Assembly (NCBI GenBank): GCA_017513085.1
Contig: JAFWDK010000017.1
Coordinates: forward strand, 1 to 56,809
DNA: 56,809 nt
Origin: Clostridiales bacterium
Lineage (GTDB): Bacteria > Bacillota > Clostridia > Saccharofermentanales > Saccharofermentanaceae
Reading direction: 5' to 3'
A program made the translations under genes and the position numbers. A model generated the notes under the pieces. The model was not told the origin of the DNA. It searched no databases and saw nothing but the letters and a program-made list of their open reading frames with translations. This document shows positions 20,147-30,303 of the stretch, one piece after another. The number at the start of each line of letters is the position of its first letter. The stretch's first letter is position 1.

Positions 20147-21700
20147 ATGTTCAGTAAATCTCTTTTCAAACAATCCTGTAAAGCCAATGGTATCATGTGG
20201 CTGATCATAACTTTTGCGGTATGTTTTATGCTTTCCTGCGTGATGCTGATCTCAGGCCGCGGTGATATCAGTAAGACGAAAGATGCGATCCAGAATACGA
20301 TCATCGAACAGGAGACCAAGTCTTCCATCGAGAAGCGTGCACTGAATTACTATGAAATCAGTAATTCCGCTCTGCAATACTTCGACAGTGTTTTCGGCGA
20401 AGAATATGTTGCGGTATATAAAGAGGCATTAAGTGGAGGGCTTCCCGAAGACCAGGCAGCTCAATCTGCGCAGATGGGTGCATATAAAAACACCATGGAA
20501 AAGATCGAAAACGAGTATTATCCGGGTGTAGTTCAGTCGTTAGGTTATACGAAGGATTCCACAGAAGATCAGGAAATTAAAGGTGTGATCTTCTATACTC
20601 TGAACCCGATGAATGAAGACGGAAGTTTCATGTTCGACAGTTTCTATCAGGAACACGGAGAGACGCCTCTTCACTACAGTGATCTTATTCCGGGAATGTC
20701 GGATGCGTCACACGCCGAAGCCCGTGACAAATACGCCATGCAGGCAGCCTCTGTTTTTCTTGCCGAAAACATGACTAAAGAAGAATCCATACAGCAGGCA
20801 CTGGATACCTTGGCGGAATATGGTGTGACAAGACAGCAGTATGATGAATTCGGTTTTTCGGACTATGCTCACATCAAATCGATTTCCGAACAGGTGATTG
20901 TCAGTTACCGTGCCGATATTTCGTATCGTCTCGATAATCTGAAAGACGGAGAAACAGAAGATGCCGTCAAAGAAGATGTAACAGCCAAGGAATGCAACAG
21001 CCTTCTTGCCAATCTTCCTCAGGAAGTATCCGAGGCTCTGGATGAGATCGGGCAGATGGATATGTTCGGTATCCTGATCGGATCGATCTTTTATAAGATG
21101 GCAGGTCTTCTTCTGCCGATCATCTACATGATCATGACATCCAATGCACTGATCGCAGGTCAGGTGGACAGCGGTTCCATGGCATATGTACTGGCCACTT
21201 CCGTAAAGCGCCGTACAGTTACCTTTACTCAAAGTGTATATCTGGTTGGTTCGCTGCTCCTGATGTTTATCCTGACAAGCGTAACGAGTGTGATCTGTCT
21301 GAACATTGTCGATGTCACGACGAATCTTACATGGAAAAAACTTCTCCTTATGAATGCCGGTGCTTTTCTCGTCATGTTTGCACTGAGCGGCATATGCTTC
21401 CTGAGTTCCTGCTGGTTCAACAGAAGCAAGAATGCTATGGCCATCGGCGGCGGTCTTTCGATGTTCTTCCTGGTAGCGACGATGCTTGGTCTTTTCGGAT
21501 CCCCGATCCTTCCGTCCATTATCCGTATGGATGCACTGGATTACTTTAACTACGTATCCGTGATCACTCTTTTCGACCCGATCGCGATCCTCGACGGAAC
21601 AAACGGATTCCTGCCAAAATACCTGATCCTTCTGGTTATCGGACTCATTTGCTACATTATCGGTTCCGTGCACTTCAGAAAAAAGGATCTCCCGTTATAA
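20147..21700 (+). CDS. ABC-2 type permease with large extracellular loop
   Basis: N-terminal TM, five C-terminal TMs, IAGQVDSGSMAYVLAT, ends FRKKDLPL. Confidence 0.88.
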   Translation: MFSKSLFKQSCKANGIMWLIITFAVCFMLSCVMLISGRGDISKTKDAIQNTIIEQETKSSIEKRALNYYEISNSALQYFDSVFGEEYVAVYKEALSGGLPEDQAAQSAQMGAYKNTMEKIENEYYPGVVQSLGYTKDSTEDQEIKGVIFYTLNPMNEDGSFMFDSFYQEHGETPLHYSDLIPGMSDASHAEARDKYAMQAASVFLAENMTKEESIQQALDTLAEYGVTRQQYDEFGFSDYAHIKSISEQVIVSYRADISYRLDNLKDGETEDAVKEDVTAKECNSLLANLPQEVSEALDEIGQMDMFGILIGSIFYKMAGLLLPIIYMIMTSNALIAGQVDSGSMAYVLATSVKRRTVTFTQSVYLVGSLLLMFILTSVTSVICLNIVDVTTNLTWKKLLLMNAGAFLVMFALSGICFLSSCWFNRSKNAMAIGGGLSMFFLVATMLGLFGSPILPSIIRMDALDYFNYVSVITLFDPIAILDGTNGFLPKYLILLVIGLICYIIGSVHFRKKDLPL

Positions 21701-21742
21701 AGCACTTGCACTTTTAATGGAGAGCGGGGGTCAAAGATGTTC

Positions 21743-22303
21743 TCACAGAACATCTTTGACCCTCGTTTCCGCTTCCTTTATGATCGTTTCCACATCCGCA
21801 CCATAGATATCGAGACCCACGGCTGTCAGGAGTTTCACTTCCTTAATACCATAAAAATTCTCGGCCAGTGCTTTTACATAACCAAAGCCAAACTCATATG
21901 GTACCAGCGCACCGCCGGCCGTCGTGACATAGTAAAGTTTCTCAGCCTTACAAAGCGGGATCGGCAGGCCCTCGTCCGAATAATCGAACGTCGTACCCAT
22001 CGCATTGATCTGCTCGAAGTATTGTTTGAGAGAGCTTGGAAACGACAGGTCCCAGTATGGTGCCGCGACCACGATCGTATCCGCTGACTTGAACTGCATC
22101 GCCAGATTGAAGATCGGATCATCCCACTGTTTCTCCGCAATCAGGGCATCCCTCTTCTGCAGGAACGCCTCATCCACGACCGGAAAATCGATTTCGGAAA
22201 GCACCACTTCCGTTATCTCCCCGTCCAGTTCTTTCAGAAGCGCATCCGTCAGGCGCTTCGTACGTGAATCCGTTCTCACACATGCATTGATCAGCAAAAT
22301 CAT
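21743..22303 (-). CDS. FMN-dependent NAD(P)H oxidoreductase (AzoR/flavodoxin_2-like)
   Basis: INACVRTDSRT, AAPYWDLSFPSSLKQY, VTTAGG. Confidence 0.85.
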   Translation of the reverse strand: MILLINACVRTDSRTKRLTDALLKELDGEITEVVLSEIDFPVVDEAFLQKRDALIAEKQWDDPIFNLAMQFKSADTIVVAAPYWDLSFPSSLKQYFEQINAMGTTFDYSDEGLPIPLCKAEKLYYVTTAGGALVPYEFGFGYVKALAENFYGIKEVKLLTAVGLDIYGADVETIIKEAETRVKDVL

Positions 22304-22513
22304 AGGCGTCTCCTTCCAAGATGTATCTGATTGCTTTTTAAACTCTTGCATATCCGTATCCAAGAATTGGATCGGTTCTGGCTCAATCAAACCACAAATT
22401 CATCGAATATTCAACCAAGGGCAGCCACACCTGCGCAGTTTATATATTCTGCAAATCCCGCAAGTACTGCGGAAGTGCTACAATATACAGAAAGAAAAGC
22501 AGGAACTCGCATC

Positions 22514-23821
22514 ATGATCTGGGGAAAAACCGAAGTGAATTTCATAAGAGAACTGGACACCACGGACAAGTGGTGGTGTAATTCTGCGGTCTTTTTCTCG
22601 GTAAAGAACGGGAAGAATACGATCTGTGAGAAATGGGGCTCCGAGGACGAAGACTATGATCGTCATATGCACGTGGTTCTGAACGGAAAGCCGATCATAC
22701 AGGCTAAACTTCCTTCATGTCCTACCTGCAAAGGCATGCTGGCCACAGGTTATGGATTGGAAAACATAGACTGTCCGGAACTTGAGGCGGCCAGAATATG
22801 CATGAATTCCGAATTTGTGAGCATACAGGATTCAGCGGAGAAGATCAAGCCGCTTCTGGGATTACTCGGTGACGGGTATTATGTGCTGGCAGATACGCTC
22901 CTCTTTCCATCCGACGGAGATGGTCACTTTTTCTATAAGGTGCCGGACGAACTCCGGTACTATACCGCTACATGTTGTGGATACTATGATCCCTCAATCA
23001 TAAGTTGTGCAGATGCCTTGCCTATGTTCCTTTACCCGACTCAATCTTCCTCACTCATCCAAAACGATCGGGTAGAGCATTATGCTAAGATCATGAAAAC
23101 AGAGAAGAATCCTCCCAGGGCGCTGACCTATCACCTGCAAGGATATATGAATGTGCTTTTGGACGGGCATCATAAGGCATGCGCGGCAGCGAGCCTGGGA
23201 CAGATGCTTCCCTGCCTGACCATTATTCCCTGTCACGGATATCGATTCTCAGAAGGAACGAAGGGTGTAGATCTCCGACAAAAGAATCCGCGGATCAAAA
23301 CGCTTTATTTTGCAAGTCTGGAAGCAGAACCGGAAAAAGAGATCCGCTTCCTGGATATGCCTCAGAGAAAGCCGGAAACGCAGGAACTGCCACTTCAAAG
23401 ATACGAACTTACCGGTACAGGGATCCATTATGAAAAGGATTCCTATCCGACGGTGAAGGACCTGGCCACATTCCTTCATACTACCGAAAAAGTAGACGGA
23501 CTCCTTCCGGATTTTGATCCGGTCGTTCTTGATAAACTTATCCACGATGATTCGGATAAGGCAGATTACTACCTGGAAGCGATCATGAAATTTATGCCGT
23601 ATTTATGTCCGGAAAGAGCCTACGATCTCGCCAGACGTATTGTGCAAAGAGGGGATGGTCACGGCCGTCGGAAACGCGTTCGGGCGGCTCTCTTGTATCT
23701 TTTGAAATTCCGGAATGATGAGACCGAAGCACTTATTGCCGATTTCTGCATCTATCATGAGGAGGATAATGAGAATTCGGCTATTGCCAATTCCTATTGG
23801 AAAGATAGCCAGTCATTCTAG
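22514..23821 (+). CDS. Hypothetical protein with CPTC and LLDGHHK motifs
   Basis: Long ORF with RBS AGGA; ParB/Srx-like DGHH motif. Confidence 0.75.
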   Translation: MIWGKTEVNFIRELDTTDKWWCNSAVFFSVKNGKNTICEKWGSEDEDYDRHMHVVLNGKPIIQAKLPSCPTCKGMLATGYGLENIDCPELEAARICMNSEFVSIQDSAEKIKPLLGLLGDGYYVLADTLLFPSDGDGHFFYKVPDELRYYTATCCGYYDPSIISCADALPMFLYPTQSSSLIQNDRVEHYAKIMKTEKNPPRALTYHLQGYMNVLLDGHHKACAAASLGQMLPCLTIIPCHGYRFSEGTKGVDLRQKNPRIKTLYFASLEAEPEKEIRFLDMPQRKPETQELPLQRYELTGTGIHYEKDSYPTVKDLATFLHTTEKVDGLLPDFDPVVLDKLIHDDSDKADYYLEAIMKFMPYLCPERAYDLARRIVQRGDGHGRRKRVRAALLYLLKFRNDETEALIADFCIYHEEDNENSAIANSYWKDSQSF

Positions 23822-23922
23822 AGCTAACTGCTAAAATTGTATATCTGTACACGCCGACATATAATAAAGACATATTGAACCTGGGAAAAATCGAAAAGCA
23901 GGATTGCCAGAAAAGCTAAGTT

Positions 23923-25149
23923 ATGAAACAAAAAGATCTGAAAAAGAATATAAAACATATAGTTTCGTCCGTTCTTTCTCTTTCCATTCTTTTGGCAGCT
24001 GCCGGTTGCAGAAAGAACGTAAAAGATATAGCTACTGACAATACCGGTTCGTATGAAACAATACCGTCAACCGAGACTCTCGCCACGTCAGATGAACCAG
24101 ATCTTTCGAAAGAAAGTGTTTCTACTAAATATACCGGTTCATACGAAATAGCAACACCGACCGGGACTCGTGTTGATTCAGATGACCCATATTTGCCGGA
24201 AGAAATCGTGTACTGGGATCCCGATAGAGAACTTATGCCAGAATATACTCTGAAAGAGGCAACCGAGAAATACGCATTCATCGTAGACCATACTACTCTG
24301 ATCTATACTGCATGCGACGATCTTGAGGCGCATCACACCTTCATTTGTTCTGATTATGGAGATCGGTTGTTCTCGAACTACAATAATTTCGATTGTCTGG
24401 ATCCAAACGGCGAATCCCACAAATGGACATTCTTGCCTTTGGAATTGGACACCTTAAAATGCAGTTCTTCCAAGCAGCTGATCGACAATCTGGCCACGTT
24501 ACTCCCACCTCGTTTTTCCCAAAAGTATGATATATTTTCGGAAACGTCTTCAACTCCTGAAACCAAGGTCATTGAAAGCACGGATAACTATGCTCTCATT
24601 TATCTCCGAAATGATGACAATGTTGCTCTATGTTTGGGACGGCCTCTAGGCAAAACCTGGCTCTTGATAAGTTGTTACACCTATAAGGGTTCGCAAATGA
24701 CAGAAGAAGACATTTCAGATTTTAAACGTTATGCCGAAATCTTATTTGATCACCTAAGTCCGGATGATGGCATCGAACCATACATCTATGACAAGATCGT
24801 AAATACTCCTTTTCTGGGGGGAATGCATCTTACAAGTTTCAATTCTCTTAAGGAAATAAGTGGCACATCCATCAGCATCTACGCCCGCAAAAACACTTCT
24901 TCACTGCTTAGTATTCGCATCACTCCGGATTCAGGAGACCTCGATCCTGAAAAAATGTCGGAACATAGTGACTGGGAAGATATAGGCGACATGAAAGTCC
25001 GCAAAGGAGACTATGGATCTAACGAGTTTTACTTCACTATGGACGGTGTTCCTTACCTGGTTTTCTATCAAATTAGCACGGGTGAACATTCTGACTTTGA
25101 TTCATCCGAGGATCTTTTACAATTCATTCGCGAAAACTATTGCGTCTGA
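23923..25149 (+). CDS. Lipoprotein, paralog of 38032-39135
   Basis: Lipobox AAGC; shared blocks such as PEYTLKEATEKYAFIV and GRPLGKTWLLI. Confidence 0.85.
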   Translation: MKQKDLKKNIKHIVSSVLSLSILLAAAGCRKNVKDIATDNTGSYETIPSTETLATSDEPDLSKESVSTKYTGSYEIATPTGTRVDSDDPYLPEEIVYWDPDRELMPEYTLKEATEKYAFIVDHTTLIYTACDDLEAHHTFICSDYGDRLFSNYNNFDCLDPNGESHKWTFLPLELDTLKCSSSKQLIDNLATLLPPRFSQKYDIFSETSSTPETKVIESTDNYALIYLRNDDNVALCLGRPLGKTWLLISCYTYKGSQMTEEDISDFKRYAEILFDHLSPDDGIEPYIYDKIVNTPFLGGMHLTSFNSLKEISGTSISIYARKNTSSLLSIRITPDSGDLDPEKMSEHSDWEDIGDMKVRKGDYGSNEFYFTMDGVPYLVFYQISTGEHSDFDSSEDLLQFIRENYCV

Positions 25150-25172
25150 CAGGAACGATCGAGTGGGAGTAA
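25148..25172 (+). repeat. guaA-3'-end-like att scar, copy 3
   Basis: caggaacgatcgagtgggagtaa reads GTIEWE-stop, matching the GuaA C-terminus PP(A/G)TIEWE. Confidence 0.7.
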
Positions 25173-25239
25173 GTCGTGAATGTTTTCCTCCGCGCGGATG
25201 CTGACGCAAAGGCGCGTCTGACTGATACACCCTGGGTTG

Positions 25240-27696
25240 TCAGCCACGTTCCTGTACGACTGCCTTGCACCGTTTTTGGATATTGTTGACCACATCATCC
25301 AGAGTTCTGTCCCCATTAAAATATCCGGGTGCCTCTTCCTGGATGATCATCAATGCAGAAGGATCAGATGAGCAGGAGTCATGGATGTTCTCAATCACTT
25401 TCTTAAGTTCAGTCACCTGTTCTTCACCCAGATGTGCAGAGTCATACATCAACCATATAGCTAAATCCTTATCCGTCTTTGCTTTTTCCCAATCTTGCTG
25501 GTTTTCTTCAACATCCATCTTCATCAATGCATCGAAGGCTTTTCGGTTAACCGGGAATTTGGATTTCAATTTTGCGTTGCTAAGTTGTATATCCTCGTCA
25601 AAAAGTCCTTTGAGAAAACTCCATGCTTCATCTACAAAAGGACATAACCGGGCGATAGCAAAAGTCTTTGCATTATAAGCCATTCCGCTTGAACCATCCC
25701 TACTCGGACTTCCGATGAATTGCGCATTACCGTCACACCATGTGCCGATATTTCCAAACTTCTCCAATCTATCAAAGGATTCGTTTTTTGCCACGATCAT
25801 GCCTTCTTGAAATTTTGTTTCATCATGCACTACTGTTTCATCTTGATTCATTTCTTTCATGATCTCTCCACTTGTTTTCGATACGCCGAATTCTTTCACA
25901 AAATCCAGGATCTCACGGAATTCCGGGTCATCGAAATTAACTTTCTGCCCGTTATAATCCAGAAAGTGGCTGGTTGACCCGTCCATCAGTATCTTTAACA
26001 GGTCATTTCTTGATACTTTGCCTATAATGCTCACATCTTTGGGAAGGGACTGGCTGATTTCCCTGAATTCTTCGTAGGTCCAACCGGTCCTTCCCTCCAC
26101 ATATTTTCTGTTTGCCACCATTCCGGTCACCTCGAAGGTCTGTGGAATCTGATATAATTTTCCGTCTATTTCATAGGACCGGAGAATATTGTCAAAAAGA
26201 GCGGACCGATCCAGTGGTGAATTTCCATCGATCAAGGTATTCAGGTCTACCAATGCCCGTTCCGTGTTAAATTGGGAAAACGATCCAAAATTCACAAGGA
26301 TATCCGGTCCGTCCCCGGCTAACAGATCCAGATAGACCTGATCTGCAAGAATAGATTGCTCGTCAGTCGAAGAAATCAGTGTTGAATAAGCTGAGGTATA
26401 AAGGCTGCTATCTGTGGAATAATCCATCATAACGATCCTCGCCTTCTTTTGCGGATCAAGATTATAAAGGTTCAGATAGTCTATAAAGTCTTGTGTCATA
26501 TCATTTTTCACACTATAGAGATAAGCCAGATAAATGATGTTCTTTCCCACATGTGGATTTTTCTCCTCACGATGAAAGTGTTGAAGTACCACAAAAGAGG
26601 GAGATGGCCAGTTGTCAGGAGAAAACCTTTCATCCATCTCATGAACAAAATACAAATCGTTCTCCGAGGTCATATACATATTGGGATTCCAAATACCAAT
26701 TCCCGTATGAAAATAATTGCAGTCCGTATCATACCATGATAGCTTTATTTGAGGTTCTTTTCCGGTAAGAAGATCATATTCTTTGATTCCATCTCCCTGC
26801 ACCGAATATACACTATCTTTTCCCTGTTCCAACTTAGTAAAGTGCACCTTGCTTGTTACATCCCGTTTCTCCCCAATCTTTTTTCCGGACACAGGATCGA
26901 TCTCAAACATAGACAATGTCGGCAAAGCCGTTTCGTCATACACGTCTCCCTTAACTTCAGTATAAGCATAATACTTTCCCTCAATTCGGAATAATCGTTT
27001 TACCGGAAGAAGAATCGATTCCTCATTCAGAAGTTTTCCTTCCGCATCAAACAGGAAAACTGAAGAATTGTCGCAGCAAAGGACATTTCCGTTCTCCATA
27101 AAAATCATATCGCTTAAGCCTCTGTCAAATTCGAGCGTAATACCATTAACCAATTCTCCGGTCGGAGAAATCTCATAGATCACGGAAGTATACTCACTTG
27201 AACCTTCCGTAGAGATCAGCACCTTGGGTGTACCGGCAGGATCCTCCAACATCAAACAGATCTCAGAATTAGAAGGTATATCGGTAAATCCCTTCATTGT
27301 TCCATCCAGATTGAATACTGCCAGACCTTCCCGACGATAGCTTCTATATTCTTCCTCCAGTTTCTGCCGTTCTTCTTCGGAATACTTCAACCAGTTTTCT
27401 CTATATTCATCCCATTCCTTCTGAAAATCCTCGGGAATAACATACGACTCGGATACATTCACAAGTACACAGTCACGGAATACCTTCGCCATCCGAATTC
27501 CGCGGCCTTTCAGTTCTCTTGGGCTTATTCCCTCAATTGGAAGATCAAGTCGCATCTCTTCACAACTATAGTATGGATCTGCTTCTTGCACGACGCGCTT
27601 TCTCGGCTCCTTTTTCTTCTTGTTACAGGAGGCAAGCGGAAGGATCATCGCCATGCACAAACAAGAAGATATTATACGAAGTGTTAACTTTTTCAT
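25240..27696 (-). CDS. Large solute-binding-like lipoprotein (paralog B)
   Basis: Lipobox LASC; same motifs as paralog A; ends VVQERG. Confidence 0.85.
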   Translation of the reverse strand: MKKLTLRIISSCLCMAMILPLASCNKKKKEPRKRVVQEADPYYSCEEMRLDLPIEGISPRELKGRGIRMAKVFRDCVLVNVSESYVIPEDFQKEWDEYRENWLKYSEEERQKLEEEYRSYRREGLAVFNLDGTMKGFTDIPSNSEICLMLEDPAGTPKVLISTEGSSEYTSVIYEISPTGELVNGITLEFDRGLSDMIFMENGNVLCCDNSSVFLFDAEGKLLNEESILLPVKRLFRIEGKYYAYTEVKGDVYDETALPTLSMFEIDPVSGKKIGEKRDVTSKVHFTKLEQGKDSVYSVQGDGIKEYDLLTGKEPQIKLSWYDTDCNYFHTGIGIWNPNMYMTSENDLYFVHEMDERFSPDNWPSPSFVVLQHFHREEKNPHVGKNIIYLAYLYSVKNDMTQDFIDYLNLYNLDPQKKARIVMMDYSTDSSLYTSAYSTLISSTDEQSILADQVYLDLLAGDGPDILVNFGSFSQFNTERALVDLNTLIDGNSPLDRSALFDNILRSYEIDGKLYQIPQTFEVTGMVANRKYVEGRTGWTYEEFREISQSLPKDVSIIGKVSRNDLLKILMDGSTSHFLDYNGQKVNFDDPEFREILDFVKEFGVSKTSGEIMKEMNQDETVVHDETKFQEGMIVAKNESFDRLEKFGNIGTWCDGNAQFIGSPSRDGSSGMAYNAKTFAIARLCPFVDEAWSFLKGLFDEDIQLSNAKLKSKFPVNRKAFDALMKMDVEENQQDWEKAKTDKDLAIWLMYDSAHLGEEQVTELKKVIENIHDSCSSDPSALMIIQEEAPGYFNGDRTLDDVVNNIQKRCKAVVQERG

Positions 27697-27740
27697 CTAT
27701 TTCTCCCTCCTTGACTGCATCAAAGAACAAAGACCAGAAC

Positions 27741-27811
27741 GGATTAGGATATGCTTGGAAAGGATATCCTAATCTGTTATTCGTAGTGTAACAGATGCTT
27801 TCAGTATATCA
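27741..27811 (-). promoter_or_regulatory. Conserved promoter + double-hairpin leader, copy 2
   Basis: 71-bp element ending 45 nt upstream of the ATG. Confidence 0.8.
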
Positions 27812-27873
27812 TGTTGCACTTGCCTAGTTCACTGATATAGATGATTCCATCTTCCCAGAAAATGTAGAGAGTA

Positions 27874-30264
27874 TCAGCCGCGTTCCTGAACGATGGTTTT
27901 GCATCTGCTCTGGATGATATCCGCCACATCATCAACATTCTTCTGCCCGAGCAGATACGCAGGCGCTTCCTCGTAGATAATCAGCATCACTGCCGGGTCA
28001 GTCTTTCGGACTGCGGTCACGCTCTCGACAATAGAGACAAGTTCTTCAGCCATATCAGGAGTAAGCTTGGAGATCTGGTAGTGAGAATCAGGATCCTGGT
28101 TTTTTAACTTCTCTTCACTTTCGGCAATCAGTGCTTCATTCAGTCTGTCAAGTCCGGAACGCGAAATCGGGAATCTAATCGCTCCGGTTAAGTCCTCTGT
28201 TTCGGTATTTGAAAGAATGAAGCGGATAAAGTCCCATGCCTCCTTACTATTCTTCGAATAGGCAGAAATACCGACTGACGTGGCTACATTCGCGACCACA
28301 CCGTTTCCGTTATTTCCCGGGAAACCAGAGAAAGTGATGTCATTTCCATACCTCGCAAGATAATCTCCATATTCGCGGAGACTGAACATATACATCATGT
28401 ACCATGCGAGTTTTTTATCCTCAAAGAGTGACATATCATCACGTGATTCTTCCCTCCGGTTTAGATTGCGGATACCGTATTTCTTCACGATTTCCAGAAT
28501 CTTCTTAAACGCATCGTTATCAAAGTCTACCGTCTGCGATGAATAATCGATAAAGTTCTCGCCACACTCGCCCAGGAACATCACAAGGAAATCTTTATCA
28601 TCGGTCTCATACATTACGCTCACATCGGAAGGCAGCGCGTCCATCTGTTGCATGAATTCATCATAGGAACGCGGTTTCGCATCACCAACCAGTGTCTTAT
28701 TTCCTATCAGACCATAGAGATCAAACTCGACAGGAAGCTGGTATAACTTTCCTCCGGATTCCTGTGCCCGTAGGATGTTATCAAAGTATTGACTTCTATC
28801 TAGACCCGTACAATCTGTCGCATCAATCAGAGGATTCAGATCGATAAGTACTTTGTCCGAATCGAATTGGGAATACCTCGAAAAACCGGCAAGCACATCC
28901 GGACCATCTCCCGAAATAATATCGAGATACACTCTATCCGACATATCTGCCTCATTATTCATGAAACCGCCAGATGATCCAACATCGGCAGTATAATCGT
29001 AGAGAATGACTCGGCAAATGGACGACGAATCTGTATTATACTTAATTACTTTCTCCCGGTTGATCGCATCGAGAAACTCGCCGACATACAAGCGTTTCTT
29101 ACCCGCATATGGGTTCTCGGCAACACGGATAGCATGAAGAACATGCGGACGAACACTATATGAGCCATCTGAATCCACATCCTCCTTCAAAGAAAGAAAA
29201 CAATATTCATCGTCGGAGACAACTTTCGCCTTTCGCAGAACCCCATCTGAGTTATAATCCGTATCACTCCAGGAAAACTTCTCTTGCGACTTGGAAGGAT
29301 CCATAAGATCCATCTTTTTCAATCCATTCTGCGAATACACGTAGATACCGTCCGCAGAGTTGATCATGGTTTCACTCGTTTTAATCGGAATCTTCTCTCC
29401 CACAAACCGGCAATTCTTCGTATCGATTTCCTTGAGACAGTCGTCAATAACCTCAAAAGACATATAATCGTAAGAGAAAAATCTGCCATAGCATTTCCCG
29501 TCCTGAAAGTAGACTTCCCTTGAAAAAGCCTCTTCTTGGATATCACCTTTTTTATTTCCGTCCGCATCGAAAATGGTGACTCCGTCAAATGTGGCACATA
29601 CCAAAGTGCCATCTGGCATCATCACGGCATTTTGAATATATGCGGCACCTAGTGTCCGAATCTTCTCCAAACTACCATCAGGCTGCATCTTCTCAAGAAA
29701 AACCTGATCATCATCTGCTACGATAGCAAATGTTTCCCCATTCGGGTCTTCAAAAGATGTAAGAATATTCTCCTGAAAAACACTCTGCGTATGTCGAAGG
29801 AGTTTTCCGTTCAGATCAAATACAGCGTTGAAATGCTTGGAGTATTCAGCTTGAAGCTTCTGCAGTTCTTCGATTTCCCCGTTGCTTTCGAGCTGCTTCA
29901 TGCGGCTTCTTACATTCTGCGGCACCTCATATTCGATGTAACACTGCGTCAGCGAAATTGTATTCCCCACAAACTGAATATTGTCCCGGTCGATATCAAT
30001 AGATGCGATCGTCTTTCCATCTGAACCCGGAAGTTCTAGCTGCATGTCCACAATATCGAAGAACGGATCGGTTGACTGAATCACCGTTTTGTCTCCTGTC
30101 GGACCGCTACTTATCTCGGTGCCGGAGTCTGATCCGACACTTACCAACGTATCGGAGTTTTGCCCGCTCGAATTCGGCACATCATTATTCGGATCTCTTT
30201 TACAGCTTACGCCTATCATCATCGCCGCGCAAAGAAGCGCAAGTGCACGTTTTCTCTTTTTCAT
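27874..30264 (-). CDS. Large solute-binding-like lipoprotein (paralog C, divergent)
   Basis: Lipobox GVSC; SGDGPDVL, GKLYQLP, AWDFI, EEAPAY; ends IVQERG. Confidence 0.85.
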   Translation of the reverse strand: MKKRKRALALLCAAMMIGVSCKRDPNNDVPNSSGQNSDTLVSVGSDSGTEISSGPTGDKTVIQSTDPFFDIVDMQLELPGSDGKTIASIDIDRDNIQFVGNTISLTQCYIEYEVPQNVRSRMKQLESNGEIEELQKLQAEYSKHFNAVFDLNGKLLRHTQSVFQENILTSFEDPNGETFAIVADDDQVFLEKMQPDGSLEKIRTLGAAYIQNAVMMPDGTLVCATFDGVTIFDADGNKKGDIQEEAFSREVYFQDGKCYGRFFSYDYMSFEVIDDCLKEIDTKNCRFVGEKIPIKTSETMINSADGIYVYSQNGLKKMDLMDPSKSQEKFSWSDTDYNSDGVLRKAKVVSDDEYCFLSLKEDVDSDGSYSVRPHVLHAIRVAENPYAGKKRLYVGEFLDAINREKVIKYNTDSSSICRVILYDYTADVGSSGGFMNNEADMSDRVYLDIISGDGPDVLAGFSRYSQFDSDKVLIDLNPLIDATDCTGLDRSQYFDNILRAQESGGKLYQLPVEFDLYGLIGNKTLVGDAKPRSYDEFMQQMDALPSDVSVMYETDDKDFLVMFLGECGENFIDYSSQTVDFDNDAFKKILEIVKKYGIRNLNRREESRDDMSLFEDKKLAWYMMYMFSLREYGDYLARYGNDITFSGFPGNNGNGVVANVATSVGISAYSKNSKEAWDFIRFILSNTETEDLTGAIRFPISRSGLDRLNEALIAESEEKLKNQDPDSHYQISKLTPDMAEELVSIVESVTAVRKTDPAVMLIIYEEAPAYLLGQKNVDDVADIIQSRCKTIVQERG

Positions 30265-30303
30265 AACACATCACCACGCAAGTTTTTTCTTTCCTCGTTC
30301 CTG

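Noticed and set aside
20708-21673. Long antisense ORFs (this 321-aa one, 12082-12834, 40656-41321 and similar)
   Set aside because: Shadow frames opposite well-supported genes, with no RBS or motifs.
25195-25240. c-di-GMP-I riboswitch-like GACGCAAAG motif
   Set aside because: The GNRA-capped P2 and the rest of the consensus are missing, and no same-strand gene follows.
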